A stretch of 41,471 nucleotides of DNA from Promethearchaeota archaeon (GCA_019058015.1 JAHLWH010000117.1:1-41471), one strand, 5' to 3'. Positions 1 to 9,907 are shown, numbered from the stretch's first letter. The notes: generated by a model not told the origin, from the letters alone. Program-made: numbers and translations.

Positions 1-1
1 A

Positions 2-3000
2 TTAAAAGATGAATTATCAGAATTGGATGGAGAATTATCTGAATTGGAAGATATATCTTCATATGAATTGAAAGAAACTCCAGTTATTCAAGATATGTTA
101 GAAGTTGTATTATCAGAATTAGATAGAGAATTATCAGAAATAGATGAGATAATCTCAAGCGAACTTCAAGAAGCTCCGATTATTCAAGAGTTGTTAGAAG
201 TTGAGTTATCTGAATTAGATGGAGAATTATCGGAAATAAAAGATATATCCTCAAGCGATTTTCAAGATTGTAAAATTATTCAAGACATAGCAAGAGAAGA
301 AATAAAAGATGAATTAATGGAATTAGATAATGAGTCATGGGATATTACAGATATGTATTCAAGTGAATTTGTAGATCTCTCAAATACTCAATATAGCTTA
401 GAAGAGGACTCTTTGGAAATTTCAAATGTTATAGATATCATAAATGTGCATAACAAGACTCTTGGACAAAACTATATTGGAGAACCTCAAATAGAAAACG
501 TATATGAAGAGGGGAATGAAAATGAGATTAACTATGATTTAAGTATAGATAAAAATAATCAAGAGGCATCAGAACAAGAATTATCGTTAATAGGAAAGGA
601 AAGTGGAGAAGAAAGTAAAGAAATTACGGCTACTAAATCTTCCACAACTTCAACAGATCAGAAAGAAAATCAAAAAGATACTAAAGAAGAGGAACAAGTA
701 TCGGAGCAAGAGAAAGAAAACCAAATGGATATGAATTATAATAGAACGGGTTTTACTGACCAAACACTCAATTTAAAGCAGAGGTTGAGGAGAGAGTTTG
801 GGGGTTATATTGATCAAAGAAAGAATTTGGATGAAAGGTTGAGGAAGGAATTTGGGAGTCAGGTTGAGGATAAAGAACAAGATATCCAAAAAGATGTGCC
901 GGAACAAGAATTATCGTTAAAAGAAAAGGAAAGTGGAGAAGAAAGTAGAGAAATTACGGCTACCACATCTTCCACAACTTCCATAGAGCAGAAAAAAAAC
1001 CAAGAAGATGATAAAGAATCGGAATTAACTTCAGAGCGGAATGAGGAAAGTCATAACAACAATGATATTAAAGATCTAGAAAAAGATTCGGAGAATTTAA
1101 ATAAAAAAACAGAAGAAGAGGTAAAATTTAAAGGAGAAGAATCAGAAGATTTGGAAGATCTTATTGATAAAGCTATAGAAGAATTTAAGATTTTAAAAGA
1201 TCCAAAATTGAAAGAAATGATAAAAAATTATGATGGTATTGCCTATAAGGGAAATCATTTTACTAAGATATTTATAAAATTTATTAAAGATCAAGATAAT
1301 GATGCACTAACTAAAGAAGAGAAAGATAATTTAGTAAAAAGTATAGAAGAATTTAACAAAAACAAAAGTTTAGATAATCTCCTTAAACATTACATAAGAT
1401 ATACTAAACTTTCACAGTCGAAAATACTTAAAAAATTAAAAGATATGAATTTAAAAACATCCCCTTATACATTAACAAATATCTCCCATAAGATTTTAAC
1501 ACGGGAAAAATATAAAAAGAGATTCCCAAAGCCACCTAATATATCCAATGAGCAACGAGAGGGCATAATAAAAGCAGGTCGCTCTGAGAATCCTTGCTCT
1601 TTAGAGGATATTGCAGTTGAATTTGGAGGAGCATATTCTAATGTCAGAGATATAATAATAAAGGTTTTGGGAGAGAAAGTATACCACAAGAAATTTCCGA
1701 AGCCCCAGGTATCCGATGAGCAGCGAGTGGGCATAATAAAAGCCGGTCGTTCCGAGAACCCAGGCTCTTTCGACGATATTGCAGATGAATTTGGAGTGTC
1801 GTCTGGTACTGCTAGAAAGATAATAAAAAAAGACTTGGAAAAGAAAGTATACCAAAAAAAATTCCATAGAGAAATTCTCGATGAGCAACGAGAAGATATT
1901 ATAAAAGCAGGTCGCTCCGAAGAACCTGATCCTATATACAAAATTGCAGAAACATGGGGAGTATCTCGGCGTACTGCAACTGATATTATAAGAGAAGACT
2001 TGGGAAAAGATGAATTCGACAGAAAATTCAATAGAGAAATAAGCGATGAGCAACGAGAGGGCATAATAAAAGCCGGTCATTCCGAAGAACCTGACTCTAT
2101 AAAAAAGATTGCAGAAACATGGGGAGTACCTCCAGGTACTGCAATTGATATTATAAAAAATAATTTGGGAGATAAAGTATATCATATGAAGTTTCCGAGA
2201 TCTGAGGATTGGGTATCTGATGAGCAACGAGAAGGCATAATAATAGCCGGTCGCTTAGAAAAACCAAATGGTATAAGCTACATTGCTGTCGAGTGGAAGG
2301 TAGGTCCTAATACTGCTTACAAAATTATACGAAATGACTTAGGAGAAAAAGAATTCAATAAGAAATTTCTTAATGATATACCCCAATTAATAGGGCATGA
2401 GAATCATAAATTAATTGAAAAAATAGCCACGCAAGATTTTGATGAAAAAAGGAAAAAATTTCCGGATGTTCCAATACTCGTTTCAGAGCCCCCAATTTAT
2501 ACTAAAAATAATAAACATTGCGATAATGCATTTAAAAACGATAAAAAATATCTACAAAAACTTCTAAAAGACAGAATCGCTAAAGAATTAAAGATTGATC
2601 CTAAAAAATTAGATCACATTAAAGTTGTGATTTTTGATTATACCAGTTGGCTACACAAAGCTAATCTCATAAAAAAGATTGAGAAATATCAACATTCTGA
2701 AATTATTTTTTTTATTGTCGGAACGTATTGGTTTCAAAGCTGGATTGGTCGAGTTAAGAGTCTCCCTAAAGATAAAAGGATTAAATATCCCGAAAATATT
2801 CGTATTATTAGATGGGATCTTTTTGCCGATTTATTAAATCTGAGTAATGATAATCGGAAGCGATTTAAGGAAATTATTAAATTAACTAGATTAAAAGATT
2901 TAGAAACCTTGAGAAGGCTTAATGAACAAAATAATTATAAATTGCACCGCTTAAAAAAGTCAAAAGCTAGAATAAAAGGGTATAAAAGCAAATTAGATGC

Positions 3001-3019
3001 ATTTTTATCGAAAATTTAA
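2..3019 (+). CDS. Giant modular protein (5' truncated): acidic 32-aa repeats, low-complexity linker, 5 tandem HTH modules, C-terminal putative PD-(D/E)xK nuclease-like domain
   Basis: Frame is open from nt 2 (LKDELSE|LDGE), so TTG at 23 is probably internal. HTH-like repeats 'SxxDIAxEFGVSxxTARKII'; C-terminal G-x3-H..E, E-x-x-I, CD, IFDYT motifs. Confidence 0.7.
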   Translation, partial: LKDELSELDGELSELEDISSYELKETPVIQDMLEVVLSELDRELSEIDEIISSELQEAPIIQELLEVELSELDGELSEIKDISSSDFQDCKIIQDIAREEIKDELMELDNESWDITDMYSSEFVDLSNTQYSLEEDSLEISNVIDIINVHNKTLGQNYIGEPQIENVYEEGNENEINYDLSIDKNNQEASEQELSLIGKESGEESKEITATKSSTTSTDQKENQKDTKEEEQVSEQEKENQMDMNYNRTGFTDQTLNLKQRLRREFGGYIDQRKNLDERLRKEFGSQVEDKEQDIQKDVPEQELSLKEKESGEESREITATTSSTTSIEQKKNQEDDKESELTSERNEESHNNNDIKDLEKDSENLNKKTEEEVKFKGEESEDLEDLIDKAIEEFKILKDPKLKEMIKNYDGIAYKGNHFTKIFIKFIKDQDNDALTKEEKDNLVKSIEEFNKNKSLDNLLKHYIRYTKLSQSKILKKLKDMNLKTSPYTLTNISHKILTREKYKKRFPKPPNISNEQREGIIKAGRSENPCSLEDIAVEFGGAYSNVRDIIIKVLGEKVYHKKFPKPQVSDEQRVGIIKAGRSENPGSFDDIADEFGVSSGTARKIIKKDLEKKVYQKKFHREILDEQREDIIKAGRSEEPDPIYKIAETWGVSRRTATDIIREDLGKDEFDRKFNREISDEQREGIIKAGHSEEPDSIKKIAETWGVPPGTAIDIIKNNLGDKVYHMKFPRSEDWVSDEQREGIIIAGRLEKPNGISYIAVEWKVGPNTAYKIIRNDLGEKEFNKKFLNDIPQLIGHENHKLIEKIATQDFDEKRKKFPDVPILVSEPPIYTKNNKHCDNAFKNDKKYLQKLLKDRIAKELKIDPKKLDHIKVVIFDYTSWLHKANLIKKIEKYQHSEIIFFIVGTYWFQSWIGRVKSLPKDKRIKYPENIRIIRWDLFADLLNLSNDNRKRFKEIIKLTRLKDLETLRRLNEQNNYKLHRLKKSKARIKGYKSKLDAFLSKI
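11..370 (+). repeat. ~96-bp (32-aa) tandem coding repeat ELSELDGELSEIxDISS..IIQ
   Basis: Units start at 11, 107, 203 and a degenerate one at 311. Confidence 0.85.
572..1018 (+). repeat. ~117-bp direct repeat (572-688 and 902-1018) encoding EQELSLxxKESGEESxEITATxSSTTS
   Basis: Near-identical DNA gaacaagaattatcgtta...ggaaagtggagaagaaagta...tcttccacaacttc, 330 bp apart. Confidence 0.9.
1544..2380 (+). repeat. Five tandem 165-174 bp repeats each encoding an HTH module
   Basis: Units start at 1544, 1712, 1877, 2042, 2216 with conserved (g/a)atgagca(a/g)cga..ataaaagc.ggtc; protein consensus SDEQREGIIKAGRSExP. Confidence 0.95.
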
Positions 3020-3489
3020 AAAACCAATGGTATTCTTTAACAGACAATAGTTATAAGAAATTCTTTTAAAATTATATAATGCAAGTACAAGCAGACCACA
3101 CTTTTTTTTTTGACAGATACCTGTAAAACAGTTGCAAATATTTAACTAATTCTAAAAAATTTTTTTAAGTAAAAACTTAAATTCATGGAAAGAATTAACG
3201 GGTTTATATAATGAAAAATTATTGAAAATGCCTATTGTGTGTAATTTTAATAAGCAAGATTTGTCAAGGAAATTTAATTATTTAGATTTTTTGGAGAAAA
3301 TTCATTATAGAAAATATAGATCATTTGCGTATTTTAAAACAATAGCTCTTGTGGGAGATGGTATAGTAACCTCTTTTAAAAAAATAATTGAACTTATATT
3401 TCCAGGATTAATAATTAGTCAAATATCAACTTAAAGTCAAAATTTCTAAAAGAGACAAGAAATTGATGCTTATTAATAAGAGAGATTTT

Positions 3490-6400
3490 TCATAAAATTT
3501 CTGGAATATCTCTTCCACAAAATTTGCAAAATTTATCATTAATATTTATTTTTTGGCCACAATAAGGACAGAATTTAAAGTCTTTTAATCCAATATCATT
3601 CTCAAATTTATAATTATTAATCTCGTACTTATCTACATAATAATTCTCATAAGTTTTAACTAAATCACGCGTTTTTCTAGATAATAAAAGAAATGATATG
3701 ATAATTGTCGCGATTACTCCTATAATTATTAGAATTATGACAATTAAATAAGGATCAATTCGATCATCATTTATTTTCATAACAATGTAGAAAGTATCAG
3801 AACCCCCTTCAGAATCTTGAACAGTTATGTAAAATAAACCATAATAGTTACTATACGATGCTACAGATTTTTGGATTGCTCCATTATCTGAAGTATAATT
3901 CAAGAATTCAGGTATTAAAAATACACCTATGAAATTTTTAGAATCCGAATTATAATTTAACTCCAAGAATACAAAATTTGAGGGGGATAAAAGGCTAAGA
4001 ACACCATCAGTTGATGATGTGACAATAAAAAAATTTATAAAAACTCTCAATTCATCTTCATTATCCTCATAATCAACTAACTCACCCGTTTTTATTAGGA
4101 AATTATAGTTTGTTAAAAGAAAAGTATTTTGAATAGTTAAACTTTCATTAACTATAGTTTCATTAAAATAAATATATGATCCGTAAAAAGATTCAGTTAA
4201 ATTAATAATAGGGTCATTATTTTCGATTTTAAAAAATAGACGATTAGAATAAGGATTAGAATAATTTTTGGACGATTTTGGGATTAAATAAAAAAAAGCA
4301 TAACCTGTTGTATCTTCAATGCTTGGAATGAAAGTGTATTTATATTTATTTGAACTTTCTTCTTCAAAATTTAATGTTTTATTAATTGTATTTCTTGAAT
4401 TAAAAAAGGAACTAGGATGAATTCCCATATAAGCAGTTAAATTAATATTAGATTTATTTAAGTTGATAATTATTTTATTATATATCCCACTTTCCCGAGT
4501 TATGTTAGAGTATTCTATTGAATAATTAATGATTTCTGGGATTTTAGATTTATTAGGATGAAGTAATTCAATCCTCTTTTCAAAAATTTCACTATTAATT
4601 TTTACAGAAATATCAATTATATAATTTTCATAACTAAAATTTGATAATTTTATTGAATCATTATAATAAACACCGTATCCCAAATTTAGTAATGTAATAT
4701 TAATAATTTTATTTGTTACTGGATTTTCGATAGATGCATTAAGACTGATCCCATTAATTAAATTAGCAATTCCCACTTCAGTAGTCTGATTTTTAATAAA
4801 TACAGATAAAGATGTAGTATTAGTGAAAACCCTTTCTGATTTTAATCCGAGATTGATAGTTAAATCATCTTCAGGAAGTAAAAATCTAATAGCATTCTGT
4901 AGTAACGTCGAATGAGCTGATGAATAAGAAACATCATCATAAAATTCATCTAATAGCCAATACAAATCTCCAAACGCTAAGAATTTACCTTTCCCTTCAT
5001 CAGATTTATCACAACTTGCTACAACCGAAGAATTATATAATTGAGCTTGGGATACTCCATTTCCATAAACATTAAACGTACAACCGGTGAGCCAATAAAA
5101 TTTAGAGACTCCTTTAAATATTGAAGAATTTTCTAAAAAATTTGTTACTTCATTAGAATCTAATATCGCGCCAATTCCTACATGAGTTGAATTTTCAATA
5201 TTTTCTCCTTTTATTTGAATTCCAACATTTAATTGATCAAATAAAAAATTAATATTTTCTATGCATATTTCTTGATATCTTGTTCCTAGAAATAGAATAT
5301 TACCTCCCGTTTCAAAGTATTCTTTTAAAGTTTTTATTTCTGATTGACTATAAGGTAAAATTGGGTTTTGCAAAATAATTAAGTCATAAAAACTTAATTT
5401 TTCTGAACTTAGAATAGAGTTATTTAAGGAAGAATTATATTTAGGTGTCCATTTGTCCATAAAATATATAGGGGAACAATTTAGATTTGAAACATCTTTC
5501 ATAGATCTATAAAAATCAATTTGTTTGAAAGAGTATTCCGGAAACCAATCATTTAAACCATGAAATGACTCATATAATATTTTAAATTCCGGTATTTTTT
5601 TTTTAATTTCTATTTCTATCTGATCTATTATTTCTCCTGTAGTCTCATCAGACATGTTTATCGTGATTTTTCCAACTCCTGGAGTAGCATTAAAAAGAAT
5701 TTCAAGATAGATTGATAAAAAATCAACTCCGTGAGAGTTAAAATTTATTTTTTCCTTATCTAATTCTATCCTAATATCAGGAAGTTGATTAGATATTTGA
5801 AATGAAATATTTCTTGTGATTCCTGATAAAACCGTTAGATTAAAAATTTGTTTATCGCCTGGATAATTAAGAAGATCAAATGGTTGTATTGGAAGTTTAT
5901 TGGGATAAATAGTTGTAATATTGTTTACATCTTTAGTCGAAGAATTTATCTCATGTAATAAATCAATAGATTTTGATATATTGATAATTCCGGCACCGAT
6001 TTTCAGGGTTTCATGGTTATTAGTTTTATATGCTCCTTTCAATATTGCAATTTTTGCTGCTTCTGGTTTTAAATCAGGAAAGGCTTGTAATAATAAAGCT
6101 AAAGCACCCGAGACCATTGGACATGCCATAGAAGTTCCACTGAGTGGATAATAATCATAAGAACCGGGATAATTAATATAATCTCCAAGATATTTCTTTT
6201 TATTGGAGATTATTGAATCAATAGCTTCTGTAGAGATAATATTTTCTCCTGGAGCGCATATACTTGGGTAATATTGATAAGTATTTGTTGGGCCCCTGCT
6301 ACTAAATGTAGATAAATTTCCATTTTTATCAACCGAACCTACAGCGATGGCATTTACACTTGTTGCCGGGATTCCGCCAGAATAATAACTGGGTCCATCA

Positions 6401-7491
6401 TTTCCTGCTGATACAACACATAAAACACCTTGATTAGTCGCATTTGTTATAGCTAATGTAATTGGATCATATACTTCTGGATATGGAGCTCCAAAGCTCA
6501 TACTAATTATTTGAGCACCATTTTCTACAGACCATTCAATAGCTTTTAGAATATCAGTATCTTTTAGACTTCCTGATGAATTACCAGCTTTAACATTCAA
6601 AAAATTTACATTTGGAGCCACGCCTCGATATTTTCCTGAGGAAATTCCTCCATCTCCTCCTATAATTCCTGCAACATGTGTTCCATGTCCATTTCTATCT
6701 ATAAAATCAGAATTATCTGTTTCTTCTCCCTTAGATGCAAAATTTATTTGCTTTATTATTCTTGTTTGAAAATCGGGATGAGGGTAAATTCCAGAATCAA
6801 TAATAGATACATTAATTCCTGTACCGTCATATGTTAAATTTTCAGCACCAATTGATTGTAGCCACCAATTATTCCAGTCCACTGGATTTAAATTATTTTG
6901 TTGAATTTTCACATTATTTGGAATTGTATAAATATTTTCCTTAAAGATTTTGATGATTTCATTGGATTCTTCAATTAAAGGTTTTAATTGTATTAATTCT
7001 GAGCTCTGACATTCCAAATATATCCCTGGAACAATATTAAATTCAAAAATTATGTTAAAATTGCTAAAAAGCTTTATTATTTCTCTTAATCTTTCTTCCT
7101 TTGACAATTCTTCATTAAAAATGATTATTATTGGAACTTTTTCATCAAGTAATTTTTCTTTGTTTTTAAGTAAGGATTTTTGTAGATTAATACTATATTT
7201 AGATAACCTTTCCAACTCTAATTGATCATATTCTTTACTTCTGATGTATTTTTTATAAATATTATCATTAAATTCATTTGATTGCAAAAAAAAATCATTA
7301 CCTGCATCTTTTGCAATATTATAATCAAATTCTTTCTGATTTATGTTTAATAGATTATGTGATAGTGCTAAAAAAAAGATATTTGTAAATAAAAACAAAT
7401 AGATAAATGTCATATAAGCAATATTATAATAATATTTAACCAAAATTGAATTCACGTAATAGTTATGATATTTTTTATTATAAGATCTCAA
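3490..7491 (-). CDS. Membrane-anchored subtilisin-like S8 serine protease with GATase-like/DUF4350-type domain, C-terminal TM helix and cytoplasmic zinc ribbon
   Basis: Triad motifs IIDSG, GHGTHVAG, GTSMACP; oxyanion SAGN; N-terminal hydrophobic segment; TM LIVIILIIIGVIATIIISFLLL; CPYCG..CKFCG. Confidence 0.92.
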   Translation of the reverse strand: MRSYNKKYHNYYVNSILVKYYYNIAYMTFIYLFLFTNIFFLALSHNLLNINQKEFDYNIAKDAGNDFFLQSNEFNDNIYKKYIRSKEYDQLELERLSKYSINLQKSLLKNKEKLLDEKVPIIIIFNEELSKEERLREIIKLFSNFNIIFEFNIVPGIYLECQSSELIQLKPLIEESNEIIKIFKENIYTIPNNVKIQQNNLNPVDWNNWWLQSIGAENLTYDGTGINVSIIDSGIYPHPDFQTRIIKQINFASKGEETDNSDFIDRNGHGTHVAGIIGGDGGISSGKYRGVAPNVNFLNVKAGNSSGSLKDTDILKAIEWSVENGAQIISMSFGAPYPEVYDPITLAITNATNQGVLCVVSAGNDGPSYYSGGIPATSVNAIAVGSVDKNGNLSTFSSRGPTNTYQYYPSICAPGENIISTEAIDSIISNKKKYLGDYINYPGSYDYYPLSGTSMACPMVSGALALLLQAFPDLKPEAAKIAILKGAYKTNNHETLKIGAGIINISKSIDLLHEINSSTKDVNNITTIYPNKLPIQPFDLLNYPGDKQIFNLTVLSGITRNISFQISNQLPDIRIELDKEKINFNSHGVDFLSIYLEILFNATPGVGKITINMSDETTGEIIDQIEIEIKKKIPEFKILYESFHGLNDWFPEYSFKQIDFYRSMKDVSNLNCSPIYFMDKWTPKYNSSLNNSILSSEKLSFYDLIILQNPILPYSQSEIKTLKEYFETGGNILFLGTRYQEICIENINFLFDQLNVGIQIKGENIENSTHVGIGAILDSNEVTNFLENSSIFKGVSKFYWLTGCTFNVYGNGVSQAQLYNSSVVASCDKSDEGKGKFLAFGDLYWLLDEFYDDVSYSSAHSTLLQNAIRFLLPEDDLTINLGLKSERVFTNTTSLSVFIKNQTTEVGIANLINGISLNASIENPVTNKIINITLLNLGYGVYYNDSIKLSNFSYENYIIDISVKINSEIFEKRIELLHPNKSKIPEIINYSIEYSNITRESGIYNKIIINLNKSNINLTAYMGIHPSSFFNSRNTINKTLNFEEESSNKYKYTFIPSIEDTTGYAFFYLIPKSSKNYSNPYSNRLFFKIENNDPIINLTESFYGSYIYFNETIVNESLTIQNTFLLTNYNFLIKTGELVDYEDNEDELRVFINFFIVTSSTDGVLSLLSPSNFVFLELNYNSDSKNFIGVFLIPEFLNYTSDNGAIQKSVASYSNYYGLFYITVQDSEGGSDTFYIVMKINDDRIDPYLIVIILIIIGVIATIIISFLLLSRKTRDLVKTYENYYVDKYEINNYKFENDIGLKDFKFCPYCGQKININDKFCKFCGRDIPEIL

Positions 7492-7607
7492 TAATATATC
7501 CTAATATAAATCTAACGTTAAACATTTAAAAATCTAAATAAAACTCACCAATAACTGTGAAGTGCTAAAAAGTTTAATATTAAAAGAAGAATATTATAAT
7601 AGCAACT

Positions 7608-8498
7608 ATGTTTAAGAAATATGGATTTAAAACTACAAAAGAATTAGAAGTAAAAGCTACTAAGAAAAATTATGCTGTTGGAGCCTTTAATTTTAATAAT
7701 CTTGAACAAATTTTAGGAATAATTAAGGCAGCATCAGAATTGAATAGTCCAGTTATTTTAGCCGCTAGTCATGGTGCAACGAAATATGCAGGAACTATCT
7801 TTTTAGTTCACTTAGCAATTGCTGCAAAAAAGAAGTTCCCTAATGTAGAAATGGCATTACACCTAGATCATGGATTGGATTTTAGTAAATGTAAGGAATG
7901 TATTGATTTAGGTTTTTCTTCTGTAATGATAGACACAAGTAAATATCCATTAGAAGAAAATATAAAGAAATGTAAAGAAGTAGTAGAATATGCACACAAA
8001 TTTGGAGTATCTGTTGAAGGAGAGCTTGGTCGTTTATATGGAGTAGAAGATGAGATTAATGTATCTGAAGCTGAATCGGCTATGACAGATCCTAAAGAAG
8101 CTGCAATTTTTATTGAAAAATCTGGTATTGATTCTTTGGCCGTTTCAATTGGAAATTCTCATGGATTATATAAAACTGATAATCCATTCATTGATTTTAA
8201 GAGATTAAAGGAAATAAAGGATTGTGTGTCTACACCATTAGTTTTGCATGGTGCATCTGGAATTCCTGAAGATTCTATTCGTAAAGCTTGCAAAATAGGT
8301 ATTTCAAAAGTGAATATTGATACTGAGTGCAGATTAGCTTTTCGACAAGAGATTGATAAATTTATTCATTCTAATCCATTTGATGATCATAAACCAATAA
8401 CGTATGATCCAAGAAAAATTCTAACTCCTGCACTTGAATCTATTACTGAAGTAATAAAAATGAAAATAAATTGGTTTGGATCAGGAAATAGATTATAG
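7608..8498 (+). CDS. fba: Class II fructose-1,6-bisphosphate aldolase
   Basis: YAVGAFN, LHLDHG, GFSSVMID, VEGELG, GNSHG, LVLHGASG, KVNIDT, DPRK motifs. Confidence 0.95.
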   Translation: MFKKYGFKTTKELEVKATKKNYAVGAFNFNNLEQILGIIKAASELNSPVILAASHGATKYAGTIFLVHLAIAAKKKFPNVEMALHLDHGLDFSKCKECIDLGFSSVMIDTSKYPLEENIKKCKEVVEYAHKFGVSVEGELGRLYGVEDEINVSEAESAMTDPKEAAIFIEKSGIDSLAVSIGNSHGLYKTDNPFIDFKRLKEIKDCVSTPLVLHGASGIPEDSIRKACKIGISKVNIDTECRLAFRQEIDKFIHSNPFDDHKPITYDPRKILTPALESITEVIKMKINWFGSGNRL

Positions 8499-8542
8499 TT
8501 TTTTTAATATTTCTAAATCAATTAAATAAGATATTTACTTAT

Positions 8543-8781
8543 ACTCTAGGATTTCCACTGTAAAATTATTTTATTTCTTTTTTGATATTTTATCGATTTA
8601 TTATGAGATTATTTAGATTTTAATTTTGAATTGTTTTTCTATTATTAAAAAAACTTAATTGATGAACAAAAAATCATTTATATTATGAAATTAAACATTT
8701 ATGGGGAGTATATTTAACTAGTTAATTTATAATATTTTGTTAAATGTATATTTAAAAAAATTTCAATGGAAATATAGGGGT
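8543..8781. promoter_or_regulatory. Candidate replication origin: two inverted ORB-like boxes flanking an AT-rich spacer
   Basis: Minus 8563-8543 TTACAGTGGAAATCCTAGAGT and plus 8761-8781 TTTCAATGGAAATATAGGGGT resemble the archaeal ORB consensus TTCCAGTGGAAA..GGGG. Confidence 0.5.
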
Positions 8782-8859
8782 CTTTGTTTATTTTTCTATA
8801 AATCAATTAAAATAATAATTTAAATAAAAAAGATATAAATTAATTTTTTATATTCACTT

Positions 8860-9117
8860 TTATTCGATATTTAATTTCCAGAAAATTTGAGGTCTACCAC
8901 GCTCTCCATTATTTCTTGCAAACTTTGAAACTATGTTATTGCTTTGTAGTTTTGATAAATTATCAAAAATAGTGGTTCTAGCTTTATTTAATTTTTTCAC
9001 TAAATCTCGTCTTGTTAATGGGCCATTTTTATATAGTTCTATTATTATATTATGTTGGAGAGGAGATCCATTTTCTCGTAAATTAAATCTATTTGTTAAT
9101 AAAGAATTTTTAAACAT
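8860..9117 (-). CDS. Winged-helix transcriptional regulator (TrmB/ArsR-like)
   Basis: GPLTRRDLVKKLNKARTTIFDNLSKL..GRP wing; ATG at 9117 preferred over TTG at 9144. Confidence 0.8.
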   Translation of the reverse strand: MFKNSLLTNRFNLRENGSPLQHNIIIELYKNGPLTRRDLVKKLNKARTTIFDNLSKLQSNNIVSKFARNNGERGRPQIFWKLNIE

Positions 9118-9332
9118 TGTTTTCTTCACTTTAGAAAAATACAATAGAAATTTTTTATTCTAAATATAATAAAAATTGTTTAATATTTAAATGATGCTTA
9201 TTTACATATAAATAACATATCTTCACCATATTTTCACCATAAGATTTTTAAATGTCGATTTTTGTCATATTATTAAAAATATAAAAGTTAAAAATAAAGA
9301 TTAAAAGAAATTTACATGGTTTTAATTAACTG

Positions 9333-9698
9333 ATGACAGATACTGAACGAACTACAATAACATTAAGCAATTATCATATGAATATTATCAAAAGTTTAAA
9401 AGGTATTAAAGGTAATACTGCAGCTTCGGTTATAACGGGAATTATTTCTTCTTGGATAGATCAGAATCTACAAGAAATTAAAGAGCATCTTCAAATGAAA
9501 AAATTAATGCTCCCTCCTTCAGTAGAAGAGATAAATGAGAAAGTCTCATCGATACTCAAAAATTCTGTAAAATTAAATATAGATGATTTATCAAAAGCAT
9601 GTGGGATTGACAGACAGTTAATTATTGGAAATATTTCTAAGTTGAGTGATAAATTTAATATCATAATCGATGGAGATTTTATTATTAAGAAAAAATAG
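9333..9698 (+). CDS. Hypothetical DNA-binding protein: ribbon-helix-helix-like N-terminus plus winged-helix-like C-terminus
   Basis: ERTTITL beta-ribbon pattern followed by two helices; LNIDDLSKACGIDRQLII HTH-like segment. Confidence 0.55.
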   Translation: MTDTERTTITLSNYHMNIIKSLKGIKGNTAASVITGIISSWIDQNLQEIKEHLQMKKLMLPPSVEEINEKVSSILKNSVKLNIDDLSKACGIDRQLIIGNISKLSDKFNIIIDGDFIIKKK

Positions 9699-9907
9699 TT
9701 TTATTCAGATTTATTCTTCTAATGATGAAAAGTTTTAACAGATTATTTCCTAAGTTGCTTTTATTCTTTGCAGTTTTATCAATCTATAAATAATTTGTTT
9801 CTTTCTTCATCTAATTTATTGAGCAAAATTTAAAATAATTTTAATCTTTAAGTAGGAGATCTAGGTTTCATATTTTAGTTTAAATAGTTTAATATAAAAA
9901 AAAATTT

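Noticed and set aside
1465-2227. Antisense ORFs 1465-2064 and 1601-2227
   Set aside because: Shadow frames of the HTH repeat array; their periodicity simply mirrors the sense repeats
1544-2380. Repeat array as a CRISPR array or DGR template/variable repeat
   Set aside because: Units are 165-174 bp, in frame and degenerate throughout; no unique spacers, cas genes or reverse transcriptase, and differences are not obviously adenine-specific
3222-3434. 70-aa ORF as an immunity gene for the putative nuclease
   Set aside because: About 200 bp from the upstream stop, TTG start, no recognisable motif; cannot be supported
9722-9745. AUGAUGA...CAGA as another C/D sRNA
   Set aside because: No C' box, D box or terminal stem at suitable spacing
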